Positions 24,190-35,752 of a stretch of 64,000 nucleotides of DNA are shown in pieces; the stretch's first letter is position 1, and every line of letters begins with the position of its first letter. The DNA is from Dimorphilus gyrociliatus. Taxonomy: Eukaryota > Animalia > Annelida. The stretch spans positions 1-64,000 of the forward strand of contig CAJFCJ010000054.1 in assembly GCA_904063045.1 (NCBI GenBank), written 5' to 3'. Both the position numbers and the translations under genes were made by a program. Under the pieces are notes generated by a model. That model was not told where the DNA came from and made no database searches. It saw nothing but the letters and a program-made list of their open reading frames with translations.

Positions 24190-25110
24190 GGATATCAATC
24201 AACTTCAACAAAATGAAATTGAAAAGTCATCTAGCACTTTGAAAAATATTGGTTCAGGTTGTGCTGATTTGAATGAAGGACACAGTACAAAGAAATTGGC
24301 TGAAGCATAGTTTCACAAAGCAAACAACACATCCTATCCACAATAATGAATTTTTAAATATTTGTGAAGGACTTCAAAGGTCATCAAGCACTTTGAAAGA
24401 TGTTAATATCAGATTCTTTAAATTAAATAGAGAACAAAGTAAAGAGCTTGGAAATTTGTTTAAACATTATTCTTCAATTGAAACAGTAAATCTATCAGGT
24501 AATGTTCACATGGGAAATGGATTTTTGAATATTTGTGAAGGACTTCAAACATCATCAAGCACTTTGAAAAATTTTGATTTGGATTGCTGTGATTTACAAA
24601 CAGAAGAAAGTAAAGAGTTTCAAAATTTGCTTAAACATTGTTCTACAATAGAAAAAATTGATCTATCGTTTAATAGAAATATGGAAGATTATTGAATATT
24701 CGTGAAGGACTTCAAATGTCATCCAAAACTTTGAAAGTTGTTAATTTCAGTTCCTGTGATTTAGATGACCAACACATTACAGTTAGAAAGAATAGAATAC
24801 AGTTGTTTTAATGAAAAACAGTACAGAGATTGGAAATTTGCTTAAACATTGTTCTAAAATAGAAACAATTAATCTATCACATAATGAATGCATGAGAAAT
24901 GAATTTTTGAATATTTATGAAGGACTTCAAAGATCATCAAACACTTGTCGATATATTTCTGTACGTGGTATTCATTTAAATGATGAACAAATTAGAGCAA
25001 TTAGAAATTTTGGAGAAGATTTCACTTTAAAAAAAAGGATGTTGACATTTTCTAATTTTTTTCCATTTTTACAGCTCCTTTCCATTTTTTCAAGTCAGAT
25101 TGAATATTAA
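24190..25110 (+). pseudogene. RNI-like LRR array pseudogene (57-aa / 171-bp units)
   Basis: FLNICEGLQ.SSSTLK repeats at ~24348, 24519, 24688, 24901, with stops and frameshifts. Confidence 0.75.
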
Positions 25111-25294
25111 ATTTTTTTATGATAGGCTGAATCTTGTTGTGCAATATAAAATTTCCCGACAATTTAGCCAACTGATGTTGACATGGTCTTGTTTTTATGT
25201 GTGGAAAAATCACAATAATCTTTTCCTTTAGTTTATGAATTAACAGTTAATGAATATATAAATATTATTGAATGCAACAGTACAAACCTTTTTA

Positions 25295-25530
25295 GGGATT
25301 CCAAAACATTTCATGTGCCAACTCTCAACATTATTGTTTGTTTTGACAACAAGTTGGTAGACAGACCAAAACTTTGGCTTCCAAATTTTTCAATCAAGTT
25401 TTTTGAATGTGTTCCACAAGATCATTGTACATATTCTTTTCTAAAAGTTCTTTCTTGATTTGGTGAAATTTTGAAGTAATAAATTCTTTTGGAAGATATA
25501 GAAGACAACTTTCAACTTTCTCAATATATT
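25295..25530 (-). mobile_element. MULE transposase C-terminal fragment
   Basis: Manual translation LVEHIQKT*LKIWKPKFWSVYQLVVKTNNNVESWH. Confidence 0.65.
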
Positions 25531-26199
25531 TTCTTCATAATTAACAATTATTAATTTTTAAGTTGGCTAAAAGAAAATTAGGATATCCCCTACTAGAAAG
25601 AGTTGCAAAATCAGAAGAGGAAAAAGAGATGAAAATAAAAATCATCAAAGCAGAATAAGGGCACATGGAAAAACCCATAAATATTAAGGATGCAGTGAGA
25701 ACAGCAGTATTTCTAAAATCAGTTGACAGAAATTTCGTCAACTTGCAAGAAACTTTTAACCCACTCTCAAGAATGTTATGTAGAGCATTTGTGCGGAGGA
25801 ATAGGCTGATAACTTTATTAAGTCCTATCACACCTCAGTTACCTACAGTTTTATCTGAAGAGAAAGGAACACACTTGGCTGGGAGACCTCACAACAATTA
25901 ATTATTGTACACAACACAAATCTATTCAGATTATATGTGACACAAACATTATTGTGAAAGATGGTAAATGCTCGAAGCAACTATTGACCAAGTATAAAGA
26001 GTTAATACTCTCAGTGGAACCCGTAACCCATTAGATATGTGAAATAAGTCTAAAAGATATGATATATGGCGAATGTGTTACTGAGCAAAATCTATTCAAG
26101 GTAAAAGATAATCCCTTAGATAGTCAGAGTAATAACAAACAGAAAATGTTTATTCATTATTCTACAAATTGATACAAATTCAGGAAAGTGGCTGCTCAA

Positions 26200-26368
26200 T
26201 CAATAAGGATTTTACCCTTAGACTAACCTTGCTCTTGTTTTGCCTAAACTTTTTCAATGCCCCTAACCCTTAGATGAGACCCTCCTAAGTATGTCTCAAT
26301 AGCTATTTTCCTAACTATTTCCCAACCTAAAATCTGACTTTCAAATATTTCATTTATGGCCATTGTAC
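26200..26368 (-). mobile_element. Degenerate TTAGGG-MITE (subfamily 2)
   Basis: CCCCTAACCCTTAGATG.GACCCTCCTAAG..CTTTCAAATATTTCATTTATGGCC matches the reverse complement of 4997-5203. Confidence 0.7.
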
Positions 26369-26642
26369 ACTTATGAACTATATTTAATAGAGATTTTATA
26401 AATAATAATTAAAATATAGTAGAAGTGTAGCAGTAGATGTTGCCTCAAAGGTAGATGGTACTGAACTACCAGAATCAACCCCTTTTATAGGCAAAGGAAA
26501 AGATGTTACATAACTAGACATGTTGACAACAACAAGTGTTTATTAACATAAATATGATGTAAGAATTGACCCTTAAGGGTTTACCTATACAAAGCTGTTG
26601 TTTACATCACTATTGCATAATATGATAACACTTGATCCTGTT

Positions 26643-26941
26643 TGTTGTGAACAATCCTTATCTGGGGTTAGACCCTTGTTGTTGACAGCTAAGGTATAAA
26701 CAACTGATAAGGAATTGTATAAAAGCAGGGCGTAGGTAGTAATAGGCATTCAGTCCTGAATGAACCCTCTTAGTGAACAGGTCTATTATTACTTTAGAAT
26801 ACAGTTATATTAATCTTACAATTTGGTTCTATATTCATCTTCCCTCAATTCTATATCTCTCTTCTAAGTGGCTTACTCCTCATCCAGTTCTATTTGGACC
26901 AGTACTAACCTACAACTACATTGCAGGAAAGTACATCAACA
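26643..26941 (+). mobile_element. Solo LTR of the Gypsy family at 16216
   Basis: TGTTG...CAACA termini; high similarity to 16216-16496 including TATAAAAG box; no PBS or gag follows; clean TSD not found. Confidence 0.75.
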
Positions 26942-27124
26942 TTTTTTCAAGTTACCTAAGAAAGTTTGTAGGACAAAGTTTTTAATTTCAACAATCCTTA
27001 TCTCTTTGCACAATATATCCAACATACACTTATGCAACTATAACCCAACACTGCCAGCAAGTTGATATAATCAATTAATCAACATTATTGTTATGGTTTA
27101 TGTGCACTAAGGTGTAATGAAATA

Positions 27125-27780
27125 TCAATATTTAGACTTTAGTTATAAGGGTACATTAGAAAGATTTCTATTTTGTAGGAATTAGAATGGTGCAACTTTT
27201 GAAAGACTTTTTTTAGTAGAGTTAGCTTTTAGTACTTTAGAAAGAACTCTATTTCGTAGGAAATAGGCTCTTTGACTGTAACAGATGGCGGCTATTTTTG
27301 AGTTCGCAAAAGAATAAAAAACATGGAAAAGATGCATGTCAAAGCTGTCTAAAGATTATACTTTATATGTGTGATATAACAGTCTTTCATATTTTGATAC
27401 TTGAGAATTTTAAGATTGTAAGATTTCAACTTTGCAAGCCTTTGACCAATTGAACCCAAACTTTGGGAAATCTATAAAATGAAATGCATTTCCCCAGCTG
27501 GTCAGTTCAGTTCTTTAACTGTTAGCAGATTGTTTAAACTTGCTTGTTTTGGAGTGGAAACTCATTTACTCGGTACATATTCTTTGGACGAAATACTGTT
27601 GTTTTGTTGATTAATTTCTAAAGAAATTACACTTTTGGAGACTATTTGTGGACGAACTTGAAAGGTTCTATATGGTGTGAGTACTTTGGTGCATTGATAA
27701 ATGATTGGAAAGGACAAATACTGTTCTGAAGAAGCAGAAATTCCTACAATTACAATACAACAAAGTACAAATATGGCGCA
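27125..27780 (+). mobile_element. LTR-like repeat family A (longest copy), followed by a PBS stub
   Basis: ~40-bp internal subrepeats (AGAAAGA.TTCTATTT..TAG.AATTAGAATGGTG); ends AAAGTACA-AATA-TGGCGCA, like the LTR/PBS junction at 16491-16507. Confidence 0.6.
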
Positions 27781-28302
27781 ATGTTATAAAATAATATATA
27801 ACTCTTTTCTCCTGTGGGATTGAAATTTAATTTGTAAAAACATAGGCTCTCCTTCAGATGACGAGTTGAGAAGAGTTGTTAATATAGAAAGAACAATGGT
27901 GGGGGGATTTTTAAAATATTGTTCATTGTTAGAAATATTAATTAATATTTGCACCAGTACTTACCAAACACTAACCACATGACAAAAAAGTACATTTATC
28001 CAATCTAATAGTTGATTAGTATTAATGTTCACACATTTTTAATATTTTCTCTTAACAAAGACAAATTTACAATTAATAATACAAGATATATAATACTCAC
28101 ATAATAATTAACTTTTTCAATAGTTCAGAGTTCAATTAAATCATATTTATGTTGAAAGAACTCACCAAATGGTTATGATATTAACAGATTTGTCCTAATT
28201 AATTTCCAATACTATTCACAGCAAATTGAAAATAATAGTGCCATTATATTAGAATTAATGTTGCACCTGGACTCTTTAGTGGTCTAACATTAAAATTGAA
28301 AA

Positions 28303-28662
28303 ATGAAGATTTTCGTATTTTCTCTACTTGTTCTATTTGTAGCCTACCAAGCTCATGTAAATGCAGCATTTGGTGATTTGAATGAAAAAGAAAAAGGTTT
28401 GGCTGAAGATGAAAATTTATTTCAAGATGTAGAGGAAAGAGCAATTGATGAACATATTGAAGAAGCTTTAATGAAAGTATGTATTGAAATCTGTACTGTA
28501 ATGTTGTCTTTTTATCATTTGTTTGCTTTTCAGAGAGGACGTCTCATTGGAAATTATTATTTCAAGTGTGGAGCATGCGTACTAAACCCAAGAGGCAAAG
28601 GATGTCAAAGAATCATTAGATTGTGTATTTTGAAATTTGGAATCAAGATTGCAAAATCATAA
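28303..28662 (+). CDS. Small secreted prepropeptide (antimicrobial-peptide/toxin-like); exons 28303-28476 and 28534-28662
   Basis: Signal MKIFVFSLLVLFVAYQAHVNA; acidic propiece; KR site across a 57-nt GT-AG intron; mature GRLIGNYYFKCGACVLNPRGKGCQRIIRLCILKFGIKIAKS; AATAAA downstream. Confidence 0.75.
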   Translation: MKIFVFSLLVLFVAYQAHVNAAFGDLNEKEKGLAEDENLFQDVEERAIDEHIEEALMKVCIEICTVMLSFYHLFAFQRGRLIGNYYFKCGACVLNPRGKGCQRIIRLCILKFGIKIAKS

Positions 28663-28799
28663 TGAATGATTAAAAAGAAAAATTCAGCAGATTTTAGTAT
28701 TTAAAATAATCAATTTTTATTCTTAAAATGAAATGTTATTTTAAATAAATATTGTAATCATTTCAAATAATAAATCTTAAAAATGTTTCAATGAACAAA

Positions 28800-29215
28800 G
28801 AAGCTCAGCACTTCCATTTTGGTAGATTATATATTCATTACCAACTTTGTCAAGTGTTTTAAAATAGCCATGAGACAACTATGTGAGTTCTTTGAGAAAG
28901 CTCACCACCAAAATTATGTTTTCTTCTTATTTCTACTATTATTACAGAAGTTATTTTTGCATTCAATTTGCCTTTGATTTAAGGCATATTTCTTGGCTGC
29001 TATTCTCCCATTCAGAGAATTTTTTCTCAAAATGGCTGTCACTATTATTAATGAAAGGGGAATAGGTAAACTGGTATCATGCAGCACTTCTCGAGCTGTC
29101 CATTTTGGGATGTTTTTGCTTGCTCCGGTTATTTGTCTCTCAATCTTGGGTATTTCAATTTTGGCATCCCACTTCTGGACCTGTCTTTTACAGATTTTCT
29201 TTCTAAAAACTTATT
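28800..29215 (-). mobile_element. Decayed Tc1 transposase fragment
   Basis: SVKDRSRSGMPK; PKWTAREVL..ILRKNSLNGRIAAKK. Confidence 0.6.
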
Positions 29216-29333
29216 ATTCTGAACAGTTTTTTTGCTGCATTTGAAAAGCAAATGTAATTTCGGTAGAAATGAATCAACAAAACATGAGTATCTCGTCCAA
29301 AGAAAAGACGCTTCTTTCTTTTTCATTTTGAAA

Positions 29334-29843
29334 ATGAAAACGTTCTATTTAATTTTCATTCATATTATCTGTTTGTCGCCAATTCCTTTATTAAAAGCAA
29401 GTGGCACAGGTAAGATAAAAAATATTTGTTATCCTAAAATTGACTTCTGGTTTAATCAAATTACAAGATTTGAAACCAAATCATAAACAACAATGTTTTG
29501 AATATAACAAAGAATTTATTGACACTGGCCTATTTCTAGAATCAAGAGAAATACAAGCTGATAAAGATATTGGATTGGGCTAATTCAAGTGTTTGTCAAG
29601 GATTTGAAGTAGTCTATGAATTTTCAAAAATGCTCACTTTCTATATTTATTTATCTATTAGAGACATTTGGAAGAGATTACAAACTAGAAAACAATTCCA
29701 TCTATGTTTATAGCCTGCCACCCTACATTCATAATCAATTCAAATCATTTAGTTTTAAATTGTTCAAAATGAAGAGTAACTTATGGAATGATTGTGGTAA
29801 TTGTACTAATTTCATTTTATTTCGGCAGTTGTGCCATCTTTAA
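29334..29843 (+). CDS. Possible secreted protein or pseudogene of unknown family
   Basis: Signal-like exon MKTFYLIFIHIICLSPIPLLKASGT ending G|GTAAGA; downstream frames need a frameshift to join. Confidence 0.3.
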
Positions 29844-30700
29844 AATTTTCTTATCATTTTTATCAAAGAAAGATACTGAAATTGTTAATCCTATATCGAT
29901 AATCTTTTCGTCTCTTGATCAATTTTTTTATCAATTGTAACGAAACCAACAATATTTGGATATCTACAACTAATGATATGATTCAATTTGGCTAAGGTCT
30001 GTTACGTAATGTAAATACATTATCATAAATTTGGCCAATTTAATAGACTCCATACAATTTAATATGAATGCTTTACAATTATGCCTACTAATATAAACAT
30101 TTTATTACAATCTTAAAAACCTAAGGTAAGACAATATCATTCACTCTTTCTACATTGTTCATCCATACCATATCTATCTTAAATTATTATATTAGTATAG
30201 TGGGTACGGTTTCACCTGCTCCCAATCCAACATGTGGAATGAAAACCTATGCTTTCCAGCATTCTTATCATAATCTCTAGGCCTATAAAAGTTTAGAAAA
30301 TATGCTAAAGATAAAGTTTTTAAATTGTTATCTACCAGATAACCTACCAGTACTAGCTTCTAAATAGATTTAATTCCATAATAAAACAATTCTTTATTGT
30401 TGACAATAATCTTTTCCGGAAAAGAATAAGAAGAGAAGAGTAAATCTTTAAGATTTCATATGATTAGCATCTTTTCATTACTTTTTCTTTTGCTTTTTTT
30501 ATTTTATAAAAGAAGCAAAATAAATTAAGCAATTTTAATCTTTTTGATTGATTGATTCTCAGTACAAAATTCTTCTTTTTTCAAATTACCATATTGGGTA
30601 ATTATGAATTTTTATCTGATAAAATAACTGATAAAAAACATTCTATATAAAGAGGTTTACAGAAATCAGACAGAAACTTTCAATTGGACAGTGAGAGAGA

Positions 30701-33428
30701 ATGTATACAAAAACAATAATTCTTTGTATAAATATTCTCATTTTTAGTGCAGTCTCTTCGATTTGTCAACAAATTCCAGATGTATTTAACAATAATGACT
30801 ATGCAGTTCAGAATTTACAATATTCAAAAGAAATGGGTCATGAAAAAAATAAAATTTCAAGGAATAAACTAACCCCATTACGAATTGCTCCATTATTGAT
30901 GCAGAATATTCTTCATACTACTATCAATTGTTCATTGGACATAAATTTAAAAAATTTAGCATCAAATTGTTGGTTAGAAAGAGAAAAGATTCTGGTAGAA
31001 ATGGTAAGAGGAGAGAAGGAATGGGCAAACAAATGTTGGTAATCTCATTCAATTCTTTTCATATTTAAAATATTGAATATTTTTGTCAAAAAAAAATTAG
31101 TTGAAGATTCTCATGGCGTAGATTTGTCAGGAACGTTGTTAGGTCGAAAAGGATCATTCGGTGAATATGACCAATGTAAAAGTATTTCAGCTAATGTATC
31201 CTTCAATGGTGTAAATGAAAAATGGAATGGTTTCTATTCTCTTCTATCATTCGAAGGTCTTCGACCAGATACCCTAAAATTTGATTCACTTACAATAGGA
31301 TTTTGTCTAGCTCCAAAATGTAGGAAATTTGTGGAAAATACACCAAATTGTTGAGTATTAACAACTGTTTTTTGCTGTTGTTATTGTTATTTATTTTGAT
31401 GAATTTGTTTTTTGTTTTCAGTTACCATATCAGACAAATCTTGCACCAACATTGGCAATGGTAGATTTATTCTTGAAGAAACTTTAACACCACTTAAAGA
31501 TGATAAATCATCAATTGGAGGAATGTTGGTTTTTCTTTATTTCAATTATTATATTATTATATTTAAATCATATAAAATTATTTCTAATTTGCAGTATATT
31601 CTTCTCAATATTTGGTCTTTTTTTAATAATTGCCACAATTTTGGATAATTACCTTGATTTTTATAGAAAAAAAAATGAAAAGTGGACAAAAGGAATTCTA
31701 TTAAGGATTATTTTACCATTTTCATTAAATAGAAATGTTAAAGAATTACTTAAAGATTCTCCTGCAACTGATAGTTTAAAGGTAATTCATGGACTGAGAG
31801 CAATTACTGTTACATGGATGGTATTACTACATACATATGTTTTATATTTACCAATTGGAAGTAGGTTGAGTAGTTGTTATGTTCAAATTGTTCAAAAATT
31901 ATTCAAATCAATAATTCACTTTCTAGCTGATATAGCAAGTTTCTTTAAAATGATGAAAACATTCACTTTTCAATCAATAATCAATGGACAAATTGGTGTT
32001 GATACATTCTTTGTTCTAAGTGGTTTTCTAACTGTTAGATCATTTCTGAAGAATATGAAAAAGACTAACAATCATCTACCAGTTAAGAAGATGATTAACC
32101 ATTTTGTCCATCGAATATGGAGGATATTACCATTATACGCAGCTGTATTATGCTTTTATGCTTCATTCTATAAAAGAATTAGGCTAGGACCTCTTAACTC
32201 GGTTGTAAATGATATTGAACTTTGTAAAAGGTATTGGTGGAGAAATATTCTCTTTATAAGTAATCTATTTCCAATTACTGAAACAGTAAGTCATTTTCAC
32301 ATTTAAACAAAACAACTTTTTGTATAAGAACATTACTTTTAAAATCAAGTGTATGGGTTTTACATGGTATTTAAGTGTTGATATGCAACTTTACATTGTT
32401 ACAGCATTTGGTCTTTTTCTTTACATTATGTAAGTTTTTAATATAAGTTTATTTTGAAATCAGCAAAAAAATTAAATGAAATAAAACCATCCACAGAAGT
32501 CCATTATGCACAATAGTCTTTTTTTTATTGATGGTTATCTGCCATGTTGTTATGCAAGGAGTTTTATTGAATAAATACATGTTTGTAATATTGGCCTTTT
32601 TTTCAATTTGATTTTAAAAAAAAAACATACATTTACTTTTTGCAAACAGAGAACCTGATGGTACTATGGATAATTTCAATTTTATTACCTACTTATATAT
32701 TAAACCATGGACTAGGGCTGGAACATATGCTCTTGGTGGTCTATTGGCATTTTTAATGCAGAAAAGACAAAAAATAAAGTTACCTACTCTCATTGTGTTG
32801 GTCATGTGGCTTATTGTTGTTGCATCTGGTTATCTAATTCTTCATGGAAAAGGTTTTGATGAAGCGGAAATTAAACCTTGGACAAAAGCTAGTAGGTTAT
32901 TGTATGAAATTCTACATAGGCCAGCATGGGGAATTTGTATTTGTTGGGTGATTTGGTCTTGTCATTCAAATTATGGATCAATTATTAATAGTTTCTTATC
33001 ATTTCGTTATTTCTTTATAATTAGTAAATTGAGTTATGGAGTATATTTATTACATTGGTGTGTAATTTCATATTTGTTTTATACTGCACGATACAAAAAA
33101 AGTTTTAGACATGTGGCTGTTGTAAGTATAAGAAATATTCTACCCATTTTCATTATAACATTCAAAATAATTTGCATCTTAGATATCTGAATTTTTGGCA
33201 ACAATGACCTACTCTCTCGCTCTTGCTGTTGTCTTTACATTAACAATTGAATTGCCATTTGCAAAATTAGAGAATGTTTTCTTTAGTAAATTAAAGGCAA
33301 CTGATTCACACCAAAAGGAGAAAAATGATGAAATGAAGAATGATTTAAATGAAAAAATACACCCAGTTATTGAAATAATATCTTCAAATGATATTGATAA
33401 GAAATATGATCCAACTTCCCTTTCATAG
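30701..33428 (+). CDS. Nose-resistant-to-fluoxetine-6 (NRF-6)-like O-acyltransferase, multi-exon
   Basis: Signal peptide; NRF domain (LLGRKGSFGEYDQC, IGFCLAPKC); Acyl_transf_3 motifs IHGLRAIT, VDTFFVLSGFL, HRIWRILP, WYLSVDMQLY, YIKPWTR, SKLSYGVYLLH, TIELPF. Confidence 0.92.
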
Positions 33429-34365
33429 GATATATTTTCCATGCTCAAGAGATTTTAATACTATATTACAATTATATGATTTATGTTTTTATATTCTAAA
33501 ACTCTTAACTTAAGTGATTCAAATCAATTTTGATAATAATATTACTAAAATGTGTGAAAAAGATAGGTTAAGTATTCATCCTCCTTACTACAATGTTGGA
33601 GCATTTATTCAGTTTTTTTTCAACTAATTACCATTCTTTTTCACAAAAATTTGTATCTGTAAATTTGAATACAAAATAAATATTTAAAAATTTTACAAAG
33701 CCATAGACAATGACGTAGCTAAACAAATAAAATTTTTACTTTAGATATTATAGAACTATAGAATGACTTATTTCGCGGAAATTATAATGGTGGAAGTTTA
33801 GAAAAAGTGTTATTTCATAGAAATTATAAATTTTATTTATAGATAAAATTGAATTGCAAGACAAGACTTGAACTGCTTGTTGAAAGAGAAATCTCTGTTC
33901 TACAATTGCCTAAACATCTACTCTAAATAAACTGTTTAATGTAATTTACAAAAAACTATATCACTTATTGTAATGAAATAAATTACAAAATTCTTACATC
34001 TGTCATAATTCTCAAGAAAATGCAGTTTACTTGTCCACTTGATGTGTTAACAATAGCTATAGTTACAACAAATGAACATTAATTACTGTACACATACACT
34101 TATCAGGTCTATTTTACAATAGATAAGTAATATTGGACCAGTTCTTTACCATGTTGATTGCACTTAGAGTGATAAGCAGTGTTTACCTGTAATTTTTTAT
34201 TAATTTATAAACAAATATTGCTATCTGCAACTTAACTTTAATATGATTAATATATAGATTTATTAAGTCAATTAAAATTAGTTCAATTAAATGTCAATCA
34301 TGCTTTTATTTTAAGTTTTAGATTTTATTCACTATTAAACAGTATTTCATAGATATTACTATTCC

Positions 34366-34940
34366 ACAGGGTACAACTAAATGTACCTCGATGCAAACAA
34401 CACCAGGTAGGTCTGAATACATTTTTCATTTCAAATGTCTGAACTATTGATATTTTAATGTGTTTGGCCTATTTTCAATGGGAGCATAAGTACTTGCTGC
34501 AATCACAAATATTAATCTAAAAGAATATTAAAAGTATTTTTCTGTTCTTTTTTTGACTGTTATTTAATAGGATATTATATTTGTTAATGCCTTAATATTT
34601 TGTGTACATACCCTTAGCTTCCACAACTGCCCTAAGCCTTCTTTCAATTGTCTCATATAAGAATTGAATTTCCAATTCTGGAATTTTAAAAAATTCCTCT
34701 CTGAACATCTCCCACAGCTCATCCTTGTTTCTTGCCTGATGTGCCATTAAACATTTTTGGCATATGCCCCATATTTGCTCAATGATGTTCAGGTCTGGGC
34801 TGTTTCCTGGCCATGGGTCCAGCGTTTCTACTCCCTTTCTCTTCAGATATGCTTTTGTTCTGGCTGCTGTATGACAACTAGCCCCATTCTGCTGGAAAGT
34901 TTCCCCTCTCTTGTAGTTTTGGCTACAATCAACAGTCAAG
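34366..34940 (-). mobile_element. 5'-truncated Tc1 element (35-residue D-E spacing, second D mutated to N); related fragment at ~52955-53075
   Basis: FQQNGASCHTA..WPGNSPDLNIIEQIW..LRAVVEAKGMYTKY*; putative terminus CAGGGTACAAC at 34367. Confidence 0.8.
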
Positions 34941-35199
34941 AAGAGAATTTATTAATTGTTTGAAAAAGATAAATGTACCTAATTCACTTGGAGTTTGAAT
35001 TGGCTGAAATAGATTGAATAATTTCTCCCCTTGGAAATGGGAAGATAATAGTCCAGTCAATTTTTCCCAATACAACAATTGGAATCAACAAATAAAAAAG
35101 GCATTTGTTTCTATAAGTTGTAACTCAAAGGTAATGGGACAAAGTTCCTGAAAGTGAGTACAATTGTATTGCCATTTCATCAAAAGAGAAATGGAAAAC

Positions 35200-35480
35200 G
35201 TTCAATTGCAGCACACAGTTGGAAAGTATTTGTAAAGTATCAAAGTTTTAAAAAAGAATCCAATTGAAAGAAAAACATCTGATAAATTATTTTAACAGTT
35301 AAAGTGACTTTTCCCATTTCCCTGCCAATAACCAACTGACTGATCCTCTGGTTAATGCACTCACTCACACCAGAGGTATGGTAATTGCAGGAATATCTGC
35401 AATAGATGATTTTTCCTGGTAACCATTTTTCAACCCAAAATGCTGCCTGGTTTTAGGTGAAATATTTAATGACAAGAATT
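35200..35480 (-). mobile_element. Highly decayed Gypsy-type integrase fragment
   Basis: QDSQFLS..; NYHTSGVSECINQRISQL..KWEKSL; YNCTH in shifting frames. Confidence 0.35.
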
Positions 35481-35752
35481 GACTGTCCTGTTGAGGGGAG
35501 GAGAGGATAATTAATAGATATCTATTATCTATTATCTACACAATTATACAAAGTTATCAAACTGAAAATTGTCAGTAAATCTTTCATGTTTGAAAATCCT
35601 TTCCTTTCTCTGTGCAGTTGAAAAGTCAATTCTTGGATCTCCATTTTTAGAACTAAACAAAATGCGGCAATGATCATCATTTCATTTGAAAAAGTGTATT
35701 ATTTTTAAATTAGTATACATATTTTTGTCAATTATATAGCATATAGTTCAAT

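Noticed and set aside
25541-25901. Overlapping ORFs as a retroelement integrase Zn-finger
   Set aside because: No HHCC motif could be aligned
27540-27770. Minus-strand reading with a signal-peptide-like start (FVLCCIVIVGISAS) in repeat family A
   Set aside because: Frame is not conserved between copies, and the + strand ends in an LTR/PBS-like junction
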